Source: Paraspadella gotoi
Lineage: Eukaryota; Animalia; Chaetognatha
Assembly (NCBI GenBank): GCA_051294375.1
Contig: CM119265.1
Location: 8,440,772 to 8,504,771, forward strand
Length of the DNA: 64,000 nt
Direction of reading: 5' to 3'
In this document: in pieces, positions 1 to 12,851 of the stretch
Layout of the letters: each line of letters starts with the position of its first letter
How positions within the stretch are numbered: the stretch's first letter is position 1
Notes under the pieces: generated by a model
The model's input: only the letters and a program-made list of their open reading frames with translations
What the model was told of the DNA's origin: nothing
The model's database searches: none
Translations under genes and position numbers: made by a program

Positions 1-300
1 GGTGGGTACAGGGTGTAGGGTAAGAGAGGTGGTTGAAGCTTGGTGACAGGGTGTAAGGATAGAGGGCGGGTGGTAATAAGAAGGCTTGGCGGTGGGTACA
101 GGGGTGGGAGGGGAATAAAAGAGAGGTGGAAAAGACGGGTGGGTACGGTGTGAATAAAGAGGGGAAAGAAAGCTTCGTGGTACAGGTTGGGGATAAACGG
201 GGTGTAATAAGAACGTTGGCGTGGGTACAGGGTTGGAGGGGATAAAAAGAGTATGAGGTGTGCGTGGCAGGGAGGGATAAGGGGAAAAAGAGTTATGTAC
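1..300. repeat. Degenerate G-rich tandem repeat
   Basis: Recurring GGTGGGTACAGGG / GGATAA / AAGCTTGG-like modules. Confidence 0.7.
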
Positions 301-1171
301 GGGTTAAGAATTCCCTTAATCTCGTCGTGTTTTTTCGAAGCGTCAGAAGATGAACAGAGATAACAGGACACGATGTACCGCGCATGCCCGCCATGGCTCA
401 CCCATGGAAATGAGACCAAGATGCACGCATCGATGCAACTACCAAAACGCTTTAAAAAATTCCTCCAGATACTTATTTGATTTTTTATGACCGCGTCCGT
501 CGTCTTTAATGGAACTCTCAACCTCGAAGCTAAGTGAGTACTTCGCACTTACTTTCAACTTCCTTCAAAAATCTCCAAATTTCCTACGAAACACTCTGAT
601 TTCAACGGGAATGCTTGTTTAGTTTTTACACTATAACTAACATTCAAGTCCTAAGAAATCCGCCCACTTGCGCTGCCACTCTAATGGCGACTCTCACATG
701 GCAATGCCACACTAAACGCGGACTGGACCCAAAGAGCGCCATTACCTAGCGTCATAGCCTGGTACTGAATAGTAGAAACGAGCCGCATCTAGCTCCAGTA
801 AAACAAAAAAACGAAAAAAAAAATTCCCGCGCATTCGTCTTTGTCCCAAATCTTCCGCTCATCTTTTGACTTTGCCCAAGGCGCCCCTCCCTCGGCGGAC
901 TAAAACGATTTACCGGTTTCACAACGAGCGCCGAAAATCAAAATCAAGTGAAGTCCTCTACGCCGCTCTCGCTCTTAATGAAACGGTGACAACGAACGAC
1001 GAGATTTTTCGCACGATTGAACTCAAGCGTCCGCTGAGCTTACTTACTCCATTTTATGAATTTTTTTTTTTTAGTTTCGAATGTTAATATATATCTGCTT
1101 CGCGCCCGCTAATGGGTTTAGACCTCGTGGAAAAATTTACGGTCGATCGTTAAATAATCGTTTAGGAAGAG

Positions 1172-1243
<72 letters not shown>

Positions 1244-1688
1244 GAGAGAATTAATATAAAGTAAAGTGGCCCTCCTGAACAAAGCATGACATTGAGAAAA
1301 GTGAGGCGCGCAAACAGTTGCGATTTTAATAAATCATTTGTTCGTTGGTAGGTAAATCGGTTGTCTCATTGTTCTGTCTGCCGCGCGCTTTTAAATGGTA
1401 CTTGAAAACATCACAACTAAACAAATTTATGTCGCAAGTCGAGTAATAATCATTTATCTAAATACAGCCACGTAGTTTAAAAATATATTTGTATATAAAA
1501 AACCTTAACACCAAGGCTATTTAACGTAATTATGCGAATAATCTAAAAGCAGAAAAAAGGATGGCGAACAAAAAATGAATAAGAGGGAAAAAGTAGCAAA
1601 ATTGAAAAAAGAAAAGGAAACACGAAAATGCTTCGATTTCCCTTCATTGCCACGTGAAATAACGGGAAGAGTGAGAAAAGAGAGAGAT

Positions 1689-1741
<53 letters not shown>

Positions 1742-2700
1742 AGAGAGAGAGAGGAGAGAGAGAGGAGAGAGAGAGAGAGATAAGAGAAAGTGGTCAGTCC
1801 GGTTCCCAAGCGGTCCGTCCGCCGACGGCTTCTCGAATATCTCGCGAGTAATGAGTGGCTCCGGTCGTTGGTTTTGGGGCGAGGTGGGTTTGAGGTGTAA
1901 TAGGGGCCAAGAGGCCGTGGGTGGCGGAGAAAAGTGGTTAAATCAAATGCAAGTGTGAGGAAAGAGAATCGGCAAATGGAAACTTGACAACTAGTAAGAT
2001 TTTTTTTGCGCAGAGTTTCCTATTTTAATAATTTTAAACTATTTTTTTCTTTCCCAAATTGTTGTTCATTGCACCAAGATCGTCTGACCTTTTGTTTATT
2101 TAAATTAATTAATTCGTTTCTTTTTTAAAATTCCTTCTCTCTTCGCTTTCTTTCCTCTGGATTCGATCAACAGGTAAGTCGATTCTCATTTAAGCTTGAA
2201 ATTTAAAATATTGTAATATTTTTGCGGTTTCATTCTTTCGGCCTAAATTCACAGCGAAAATTATTCTGGTTTTTAAATCAGAAATCGAAACACGTAAAAC
2301 TTTTGTGGCATCAAATTCGTTGTTCGGTTGGCTGAATTACTCTTTTAGAATTTTATTTCTCTATTTCTTATATGTTTAATTTTTTTCTTTAGAAAAGGAG
2401 ACGTCGTACTTCGAACCGACAAAAAGAAAGAACAATAAAAGAAAAAAGAAAGAAAAAAAGACTGTCGAATTCCTCGAGATTTTTCGCTCGGATTCGCATC
2501 AGCTGATAAATACAAAGGAAAGGGATTTGTTCGAATCGACAGAGCTTTGACACACATAAAGAGAGATTTAAGTTATATCAATATGAACAAATCGTAAGTT
2601 AGAAAATAGTGAACAAGTTTTAATTAAAGACTGCCATATTATTAGAAATGACAACGCGTTAAACAATGTCGTCGTGTTGTTTCCTCTCTCTGCTTTTCTC

Positions 2701-2754
<54 letters not shown>

Positions 2755-5010
2755 TCTCTCTCTCTCTCTCTCTCGTCTCTCTCGTTCCCTCGTTCTCGCT
2801 TTCCTGGGTTATAAAAAAAACCACAGGCCAACCGCTGGGCGATCATACTTAGCAGAATAGCACCCCGAGGATTCGTCGCGCTTTTTCTTTCACGGGCCAA
2901 TGGCCAGGGGAAGAGGGAATGGAAATAGAATTTAGAAGCGGGGGTGGAGAAGCGTGTTGAGGGGGGGGGGTGGTAAAATGGAGTCGACACTCGGCGGGGT
3001 TTGCGGAAAGAGAGAGCGAATATGGGAATTGGAGACGTGGGGTTGGGGAAATTGGTGAGTTGGAGGTGAGGAAGTTAATGGAAGTAGTTTAAAAAGTAAT
3101 GTAATTCTAGAGAAAACGGGGCCTAGTGCCGGGAGTTGTCAGTTAAAAAAAAGTAAGATTAGTGACTATTGGAGAGAATATATACAGATTGGAAATAGGG
3201 TTAAGCGTGAAGAACCGTTTTAAAATTCTGATTAATAAAAGAAAATTGATTTGTAAAAATGAAATGTCAAAGAAATTTTAGAGTTGGTAGAAAAGGCTCA
3301 GTTTCTAGGGTGAAAGTCGGTGAGGGGAATGATAACAAAAAAGGAGAGGGGCGTACGCGACCGGGCGGATGACCCCGGGGGAAAAAAAAAAAGTCGGTGA
3401 GGGAATGAAACCAAACAGGGAGAGGGGCGACGCGACCGGGCGGATGACCCCGGGAAAAAAAAGGTCGGAAAAAGTTCCTCTAAGAAATCTGAGTTGTTTG
3501 ACCGAACGGGGATTTTAAGGGGGACTGACTTTAGGGATTTTTTTGGGGCTGAAAGTGGAAGAGAGTTAAAAAAACACGACGGTGGGAAAAGTAATAAGTA
3601 AAGTTATATGAAAAGTGAAGGAAAAAATTGATATAGTTAGAAAAGAAAATTCATAAGAAAAGTGAGGAAAAAGTTGAGAAAAGGGAAAGTGCTAAGAAGA
3701 AGTGATAAGAAGTAAAAAAAGCAAAGAAAAATAAAAGTGTTAAGAAAAGTGAGAAAAAGAGCAGTGAATAAAGAGAGAAAATAAAAGTGGGAGAGAAAGC
3801 AGTGAGAAAAAGAAACGTAAATTTCACCGAAAAGTAAGAAAGCGTTTACAAAAAAAGAAGCCAGTAATGAAAGGAAAACCCGAAAAGCCGAAAAAACCAC
3901 CTAGGGAAGTGAGAGAGAGAGAAGAGAGAGAGAGAGAGTAGAGAGAGAGACGTTTTAAGAGAACAAGAGCGATGAAAACGGGACCACTGGTTTGGTTTTA
4001 AACCTAAAGGGTTCCGACCTATCGGAAAATCCAGTCGTCCCCCAGAACATTATTTTTTCCTTTACTTTTTTTTTTTTATTTTTTCCCTTTTTTTTTATGA
4101 ACTGGATTCTCCGAAATGTTTACGGAAAAATATTTAGTTTCGCACCTCACCCTTCCTCGCTCCCCCCTTCCCCCCCATCTCGCCCTTCGCCCCGCAGCGA
4201 ATGAAGCATCCCAGAATTATTTCGACTTTTTGGACAAAATTTGGAGTAAAAAAAGGTATTTTCGTTTAAAAATACAAAAAAAAAAAAGTTCACGAGGGAG
4301 AAAGATTTCTTTCATTAATTAAAAAAAGAGTTTTGAGCCTGCAAAATATTTTTTTACTCCTTTCGCCACTTTGTATATTCATTTTTTAAAAACTTGATAT
4401 TCACTCTTGAAAGAAAGAAAAAAACTGGTTTTTTTTTACACCTACGATCCAAATTCGTGAATAATGAACCGGCCCAATTTGAAAATTTCTTGAGGCGACC
4501 CAATTTTTTTGGGGTTTTTTTGTTTTTAAGGTTTTTTTTTTTTAGATTTTAAGAAAAAATTTCAGCTCAGAGTCTGACTGTCCATCTGTCGGTCTCACTT
4601 TGCAGATGTTAAAAAGAATACAATACATCTGTTAAAAATGGATCTCGGTACAGTATTTTTTATAGAAATACTGGTAGATCCGGTCCAGAGGTCAACCAAC
4701 TCATCTGGGACCAAAGTTTTTAACTAAAGTCGATGATTCTGTTAATTTTTTTAGAGCCAAATTTTAAAGAACAACCCCTTGAGATTTAAATCAGTCGGGC
4801 GCCTTCTATTCCCACAACGCGACGAGTTTCAAATCGTCGCCGTTGGGCGTCGCTTTTACAATAATAAAACAACAATTAAAAGTAAAGCAAATAGAAAAAA
4901 ACCTAGAAAACCAGTATTATTAGTAAGATAAAGTCGCTTAAAAATCGTCATACCTGTTCTCTTTTACGAGAGGACCCCAACCTCTTCAGTTCTGTAATAA
5001 ACCACCAACA

Positions 5011-5038
5011 GAGCGACTCCTTAGTTTGAGAACCCATG
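5011..5038. mobile_element. Possible hAT-type MITE terminus remnant
   Basis: GCGACTCCTTAGTTTGAGAACCCATG resembles hAT/Charlie MITE ends (..GTTTGAGAACCCCTG); partner TIR not found. Confidence 0.25.
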
Positions 5039-6059
5039 GGAAGTAGTTTTAAATGATTTATAACAATAATAACAATATTAGTCTTACATGTTCAAACAGA
5101 ATTACTTTTCTGTATTAATCCCCCCCATCAGGATTTACTTTTTTTTATGTACAAACTTCAAAACAAATCTCATTGAAAACTGTTCATTCATTCTGGATTT
5201 TTGGGTCTTAGAGAAAAAAGAGGTTAAGAGAAAGGAAAAAAGGAAACTGGAAAGAAAGGATAATATTTAGAATATCGTGGGATTTGTAAATTTAAATTAA
5301 GACAAGAGAAATAAAAGGGAAAAGAAAATTAAAGAAATGAATGCAGCTGCGGTTTATTGAAGCAACGCGAAGGAGAATTAGTAAAAAATAAAGATGAGAG
5401 AAAAGATAAAGGAAAAAACTCTTAAAACAAGTTTGAGCAAACAATGTCGGAACTGCCCACGATCCTTATCCTTATTATTTAATTAATTAATAATTAATTT
5501 ATTCAAGTTAATTATTTAATTAATAAGGCAATTTGATCCAAAATATTTGTTTTGATTAATTAATTGACTAATTAATTAATTATTGATAAATTAATTTGAC
5601 TAATTTATTAATTAACTGATTAATTATTTGAAGTTATAATACATCTTGCATTTACATTTAAAATATGATGCGATGCTGATGGATGGCTTGAAGCAAGCAA
5701 GCCGAAACCCATGTCCGTCTCTTAATAAAAAAATTGTTGTAGATAATTTCAAAAATACTTTGTTGCTTATAAACATTTAAAATAAAAATAAAAAAGAAGC
5801 ATATCAATGTAGTGAAACAGGTTCTTTGTTTTTTTCGCATTTAAACTCATTTCCACTCAACACGATTCTATCGAAACTTTGATTTCCAGTTTAATCACGC
5901 ACTTTTCTACCCAAATAGTTTAATATATTTTTTTGGTTTTTCCATTTAAATTCATTTCCACTCGGAAGATTCCATCGAAACTTCATATACAGCTCAATCA
6001 CACACTTCCCTACCCACACACAAAATTTCATTCTAATCCATCCATACAATCACGAGTAT

Positions 6060-6282
6060 TTGGTGTTTTTTGCTAAGGCAGGACGGATGGACGGACGGAC
6101 GGACGGATGTATGGACAGACGGACGGATGGACGGACATCGTTTTTTTGGTATAATTTATCATAATTCGATGTTCTGACATGATATAAGTGAGCGCCCAAC
6201 AAGATTGAGGGGGCGGACCGACGGACCAACAAAGTGAATTATAGAGTCGGGATCTGCTGATAAGCAGATCCGACTAAAAAAA
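6060..6282. mobile_element. Helentron/DINE-1-like non-autonomous element end
   Basis: (GGAC/GGAT)n tract, then AAAGTGAATTATAG and hairpin AGTCGGGATCTGCT-GATA-AGCAGATCCGACT (6245-6275) followed by an A-run. Confidence 0.5.
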
Positions 6283-6403
6283 GGTGAACAAAACGTCTGA
6301 GTAAAAATCAATGAGCGAGAGAGTGAGACGAGAGAGAGAGAGCGAGACAAGAGGCGCGTAAAGGCAAATAGTTGAACTTGAGAATCAGAAGTGAGAAGGA
6401 GAG

Positions 6404-7104
6404 NNNNNNNNNNNNNNNNNNNNNNNNNNNNNNNNNNNNNNNNNNNNNNNNNNNNNNNNNNNNNNNNNNNNNNNNNNNNNNNNNNNNNNNNNNNNNNNNN
6501 NNNNNNNNNNNNNNNNNNNNNNNNNNNNNNNNNNNNNNNNNNNNNNNNNNNNNNNNNNNNNNNNNNNNNNNNNNNNNNNNNNNNNNNNNNNNNNNNNNNN
6601 NNNNNNNNNNNNNNNNNNNNNNNNNNNNNNNNNNNNNNNNNNNNNNNNNNNNNNNNNNNNNNNNNNNNNNNNNNNNNNNNNNNNNNNNNNNNNNNNNNNN
6701 NNNNNNNNNNNNNNNNNNNNNNNNNNNNNNNNNNNNNNNNNNNNNNNNNNNNNNNNNNNNNNNNNNNNNNNNNNNNNNNNNNNNNNNNNNNNNNNNNNNN
6801 NNNNNNNNNNNNNNNNNNNNNNNNNNNNNNNNNNNNNNNNNNNNNNNNNNNNNNNNNNNNNNNNNNNNNNNNNNNNNNNNNNNNNNNNNNNNNNNNNNNN
6901 NNNNNNNNNNNNNNNNNNNNNNNNNNNNNNNNNNNNNNNNNNNNNNNNNNNNNNNNNNNNNNNNNNNNNNNNNNNNNNNNNNNNNNNNNNNNNNNNNNNN
7001 NNNNNNNNNNNNNNNNNNNNNNNNNNNNNNNNNNNNNNNNNNNNNNNNNNNNNNNNNNNNNNNNNNNNNNNNNNNNNNNNNNNNNNNNNNNNNNNNNNNN
7101 NNNN
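6404..7104. other. Assembly gap (others at 7926-8138, 10555-10579, 31201-31210, 35011-35035, 51051-51060, 55233-55437, 55714-55866, 56533-56663, 57542-57566)
   Basis: Runs of N. Confidence 1.
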
Positions 7105-8480
7105 AAAAAAAAAAGGAATGGAACTCAGAAAAGGAGAAGTATTTTGATTTTTTTCCAAAAACCGGTTAAAAAAATTCCACTATTTTCTCTTTTAAATTTC
7201 TTAAATAGAAAAACCTTTCAAATTTTTAATTTTAATTATCTTTATTTCCTCAATCGAATTGCGTGCAAAGACGGTAGAGACAGAGACAAAGTGTAACGGT
7301 GCCGCTTCGCTGGTTCCAATTAATTGGCATCTAACGAGATCGGAGAGAACATTTTAAGAATGAGCTAAAAAGTAAACGAAAACAAAACAAAAGCAAGATG
7401 GCTTTAAATAATTGTTAACGCAGCAAAAGAGCAGAATAATTTACCAGATTAAAAGCGTAAATGCGGATTAAATAATTACATTATAGATTACATTTAAGAA
7501 GTAAGAAACGAGATTAAAAGAGAGAGCAAACGAGTGTGAAAACGAAAATTGTAACTCGAGGGGCCCCTTAATCAAATCGTGAAGTGAAAGGGAAAATAAA
7601 GACGAAAAAGTAAATATGCTAGAAACAAATTAGGGAAAAAAAGGTCAATAAGCCCAGTGTGCATATTGACCTTTTTTGTGCATTGCACACAAATGGGCGA
7701 AAGGAAGAGAAAACACAAAACGAGGATTTAAAATGGGAGCGATGCGGCGGCCTTGCATTGCATTAGTACCCATACGACCTATATCTCGGTACTACCAAAA
7801 CAGGAAAAAAATGTTTTCTATGAAGATGTGTAGACGCAGACATAAAAAAGGAGTAAATTGAGAGAAACACAGAAAAGTGAAAGAGGGAGGGAGAGAGGAA
7901 GAGTGGGAGAGAAAGAAAGAGAGAGNNNNNNNNNNNNNNNNNNNNNNNNNNNNNNNNNNNNNNNNNNNNNNNNNNNNNNNNNNNNNNNNNNNNNNNNNNN
8001 NNNNNNNNNNNNNNNNNNNNNNNNNNNNNNNNNNNNNNNNNNNNNNNNNNNNNNNNNNNNNNNNNNNNNNNNNNNNNNNNNNNNNNNNNNNNNNNNNNNN
8101 NNNNNNNNNNNNNNNNNNNNNNNNNNNNNNNNNNNNNNAAGAAAAACGAAAAATGGGTAAATAAAAAAAACAAAAAGAAAAAAAATGGTACTTGTATTTG
8201 CGTTGGGTGACGTCAACGGATGTTGCGTCGTCGTCGTCGTCGTCTCCGTAGTCGTCGTCGCTGTCATCGTCGATATTGTCGTTGTCGTCGTCGCTGTCGT
8301 CGCCTACTTCTACCGAAACAATAAGAACGAGGAGAACCCGCGTTTCCAGTTCGAAACGTTTTTTTTAAGTTACTAAAGCATTTTTTTTACTGATCAAAGT
8401 TTCGAATTTCGACGACGAACGAGATAAAACACGCAAGGAGCTTTTGTTATTCGTTCGTACTCTCTGTTCGCAATGTTTGT

Positions 8481-8516
<36 letters not shown>

Positions 8517-8586
8517 TTTCATTCTTTTATTTCTTATTCTCTTTCTTTCTTCTTTCTTTCTTCTTTCTTTTTTCTTTGCTTTCGTT

Positions 8587-8618
<32 letters not shown>

Positions 8619-8721
8619 GTCTTTTCATTCTTTCTTTCTATCTTTCTTTCTTTCTTTACTTTCTTCTTTCCTTCGCTTTTCTCTCTCTCTCTCTACTCTC
8701 TTTCTCTCTCTCTCTCTCTCC

Positions 8722-8760
<39 letters not shown>

Positions 8761-10054
8761 TCCTTCAACTTTCCGCTAATTGTCCCAATCTCTCCTTTAA
8801 GCGAAGATCGCCTTTTATGCATCGTTACCATAATTTATTGCGAAACCTAACTGGTCCTTCACGTTTACTGTGAGCTAAACTAATCGTCTTCCTGTTTGTG
8901 TCCTTTCGGGGCGGAGAGAGACGTGGAGAGAGAGAGAGAGAGTGAGTGAAAATAGAGTGTTGGAGAATATTAGGGAGAGAGAGAGGGAGATAGAATGAAG
9001 AAAACAGAATGAGAGAGGAAGAAAGATAATAAAAAGCAAATAAAAGGAAAAACAGAGGGGGAAAACTGCTAAAGAAAGAATATAGATTTGCAAGAGAGAT
9101 GTAATAAATTTGAAAAGGGGAAAAAATAATAATAAAAAAAAGAAGTAAAATAGGAGAGAAAGAGAGAGAGAAAAAGGTTTTTCCCCCCGAATGGGCGTCG
9201 TCAACTTTTTTTCGCCTAAACCTTATTTTTTATATTATGTGTGTTTGTTTTTCCTTCAACGCTTAATATTTTATTATACAATCGTTTTTCTCGGGCGCAA
9301 AGGGAGATCGAATATCGATTTCTGTCCCAAACAGAAAAAAAAAAGGAAACAAATTATTTTCCGCCGTCGACGAAAACGGATGGAGTACGAAAAAAAAAGA
9401 AAAAAAAAAATGGAAAGAAATGATGAAAAGAAAAAACGTCTAATTTTCTTTGTTATATTCAGATCGAAGAAACGCCTTCCGTCAGACATCTCGTGACAGC
9501 TGCAGCAAAAATAAATATTAATTAGTACGATTCGTGTTTTTTATATTCGATCCCATAATCGTCGAGTCTCCATGTTATTTGCCTCTCTTTCTATTTTCTC
9601 TTATATAGAAGTATATCGAGGATTTTCGATCCCGCTGATTCTGTCTAAAAAAAGAAAAACGTTTATAACTCATTTCAATTTAAACGATTTAATTTCGCAT
9701 TGAATTCTTTTTCGTTCCATTGAACACCATGAAAAAATGACTTGACGGTCTTTTTTTTATTTATTAAATAAATAAATAAGTAAATAAATAAATATTTTTT
9801 TTAAAAGCAAGATATTTTCTCGCTTAACGACTCAATCCCCGGTGAAGGAAAAAAAAATCGTTTCGCTATGAAAAATTCTCGTTAAGTCCTTCGCCTCGTT
9901 CTCGTTGTCAACGCTCGAGTCAAAGCGACACCTGTTCTCTCTTTGCTCTTATGTTCTTCCTCCTCTTCCGTCGCGTTCATTTTTCATCGCGCCGTTCCAA
10001 AGTCGGCGCCGAGCGTCGCGCCTGCCGACGATTGTCCTCTTTGGTCATAAAACA

Positions 10055-10860
10055 TAACTTGCTCGTCCTCGCAGTATCGTCGTATTTCCACGCCTTTGTT
10101 TTTCGTTATAATCAACTTTTCTTGATCGTTCTCGCAGTATCGTCGTATTTCCATGCCTTTGTTTTTCGTTATAATCAACTTTTCTTGATCGTCCTCACAG
10201 TATCGTCGTATTTCCACGCTTTGTTTTTCGTTATAATCAACTTTTCTTGATCGTCCTCGCAGTATCGTCATATTTCCACGCTTTGTTTTTCGTTATCATA
10301 AACTTTTCTTGATCGTCCTTGCAGTATCGTCGTATTTCCACGCCTTTGTTTTTCATTATAATCAACTTTTCTTGCTCGTCCTCGCAGTATCGTCGTATTT
10401 CCACGCCTTGTTTTTCGTTATAATCAACTTTTCTTGATCGTCCTTGCAGTATCGTCGTATTTCCACGCCTTGTTTTTGTTATAATAAACTTTTCTTGCTC
10501 GTCCTCTCAGTATTGTCGTATTTCCACGCCTTGTTTTTCGTTATAATCAACTTTNNNNNNNNNNNNNNNNNNNNNNNNNATCAACTTTTCTTCTCGTCCT
10601 CGCATAGAATTATCGTCGATTTCTCACGCCTTAGTTTTTCGGTTTATAATAACTTTTCTTGCTGTTGTCCTCTCAGTATTGTTGTATTGTCCACGCCTTG
10701 TTTTTCAGTTATAATCAGAACTTTTCTTGCTCGTCCTCGCAGTATCGTCGTATTTCCACGCTTGTTTTTCGTTATAGTCAACTTTTCTATATGCTCGGTC
10801 CTCGCAGTATCGTCGTATTTTCCACGCCTGTTTTCGTTATAATCAACTTTTTTGATAGTC
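10055..10860. repeat. Minisatellite, 62-63-bp unit, ~13 copies, interrupted by a 25-N gap
   Basis: Unit CTTGATCGTCCTCGCAGTATCGTCGTATTTCCACGCCTTTGTTTTTCGTTATAATCAACTTTT; equivalent positions at 10071, 10134, 10197, 10259; head-to-tail, no spacers. Confidence 0.95.
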
Positions 10861-11875
10861 TCGTCGTATTTTTTTTAGCCTTTCTTTTGCCGCGTATTAC
10901 TTTTTTTTGTTCGGCATCGATGCCATTATCCCGCGCGAAAATCCGTATGTCTGCGTCAGCTGTTCTCTTTTCAATTCGGACATCTTCCTTACCTTCGCCT
11001 TTCTCATTATTCGTTCATGGTCATCTTTGAAAGCTTTTTGAAAGGTCCCACGGATCTTGGACGCAGAAATCAACTTTCTAGCGAGAAAACAAAAAAAAAT
11101 CTTCGAAATAACACAGCACTTACACTCAATAATGTTCACCTTGACATTACAGTAAAAATACAATGTTTTCACTGGTGTTACAGTAATCTCCTTCTCTCTT
11201 CGTTTTCCAGTCCCGGATTAAGTCACGTCCATCCAGAAATCGATCTACCATCCATTGTCGTTTATTTCTTCTCTTGTCGCTCTTATCTTATCTGATACTT
11301 CAGTTTTTTCCCTCGGTTACTCTTTCTCTCACTCTCCTCTCTCTCTCTCTCTTCTCTTCTCTCTCTCCAGTCTTCGTCTCGTCTTCTCTCTCTCTACGCC
11401 TTGTTTTTCGTTATAATCAACTTTTCTTGATCGTCTCGTCCGTATTTTTTTTAGCCTTCTTTTCCGCGTATTACTTTTTTTTTTCGGCATCGATGCATTT
11501 CCCGCGCGAAAATCCGTATGTCTGGCGTCAGCTGTTCTCTTCTTCATTCGGCATTTCTTCCTTCCCTTCGTCGTCATTATTCGTTCATGTCATCTTGAAG
11601 CTTTTGAAAGGTCCCACGGATCTTGGACCAGAAATCACTTTCTACGAGAAAACAAAAAAAATCTTCGAATAACACAGCACTTACTCAATAATGTTCACTG
11701 AACATTACAGTAAAATACAATGTTTCTCACTGTGTTACAGTAATCTCTTCTCGTCTTCGTTTCCATCCCGATTAAGTCACGTCCCATCCAGAAATCGATC
11801 TACCTCCATTTCCGTTTATTTCTTCTCTTTCGCTCTTATCTTCATCTGATATCTTCAGTTTTTTTCCCTCGGTTA

Positions 11876-11907
<32 letters not shown>

Positions 11908-11955
11908 CAGTCTCTCGTCTCGGTCTCTCTCGTCTCTCTCTCTCTCTCTCTCACC
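10830..11955. repeat. ~570-bp tandem duplication (10830-11396 / 11397-11955)
   Basis: Shared blocks such as GAAAGGTCCCACGGATCTTGGAC and CATCCAGAAATCGATCTACC; differences mostly 1-nt indels. Confidence 0.85.
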
Positions 11956-12851
11956 CCACCCTCTTGCCTGCACATTTAAAACTCGTGGTGGGAGAAGACC
12001 AGGTTTTTTTCCTTTCAATCCTTTTAAATCTCAGCCATCGGATGCTTGTGGACCCAGAAAAAAAATTTAAGAAATTTTTCAATCTTTAAGCTCTCAATTA
12101 GATCCGTGTGCCCGTCTCTCTCTCTCTCCGCTCTCTTCTCCTCTCTCTCATCACTCTCTTAGATCTCTCTCTGTCTCTCTCATGCTCTCCCTGCTCATCT
12201 CCGGTCTCTCTCTCTCTCTCTCTCTCTCGTTTTGTTTTTCTTTCGTTTTCAAGATTTCTAGTTTTTCTTTCTCGCATAATCGAGGATCTCTCTCTTTCGG
12301 GACTCGTCATGCGCCACAATTTTCTTTATTTTTTTTATAGTAAAAAAAAAGAAGAATTTTAATTTATTTTTTTCTTGTTGTCGGTCAAAAGCTGAACTCT
12401 CGCCTGTTTGTTTCGACGAAACCAACGAATAAGACTCACCCGTCGCCATTGGCAACGAGGAAAGCGTCTCAAAAATTATCCAACTTCGATTGACGTTTGT
12501 TTGTAAACGAAAAATCTAATTTTCCCTTCGATTATCTCTCAGTAAAAAAAGTTTTTACGCGCCAACCGGAAAATTAAAAAAAAACCCGCTTTTTCCCAAA
12601 TTAATGATAAAAAAACTCTTTTCTATAAAGCTCATTCGTTGGGGTCTCCTATGACGAATTCCTCGGGGTAAATCAAGACGCCATTGACTTGGGACACCTT
12701 CGCCTTTTGAATCAACATTTCGCTGCCCCGCCCTCCTATTTTTACACTTTTTTCCCATTCTTCTTCACGATTTTTTATCCAAAGTCATCGCATAATTCTT
12801 CGCGCATTCCTCCTACACTTCGCCCTATTTAAAAATCTTTCACAAAAAAAC

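Noticed and set aside
3310-3470. Duplicated ~75-bp GC-rich unit considered as a structured RNA
   Set aside because: No ribozyme or ncRNA consensus; a simple local tandem duplication, as also at ~13975-14165
10055-10860. CRISPR-like regular array
   Set aside because: Units are head-to-tail with no unique spacers, no cas genes, and the context is eukaryotic
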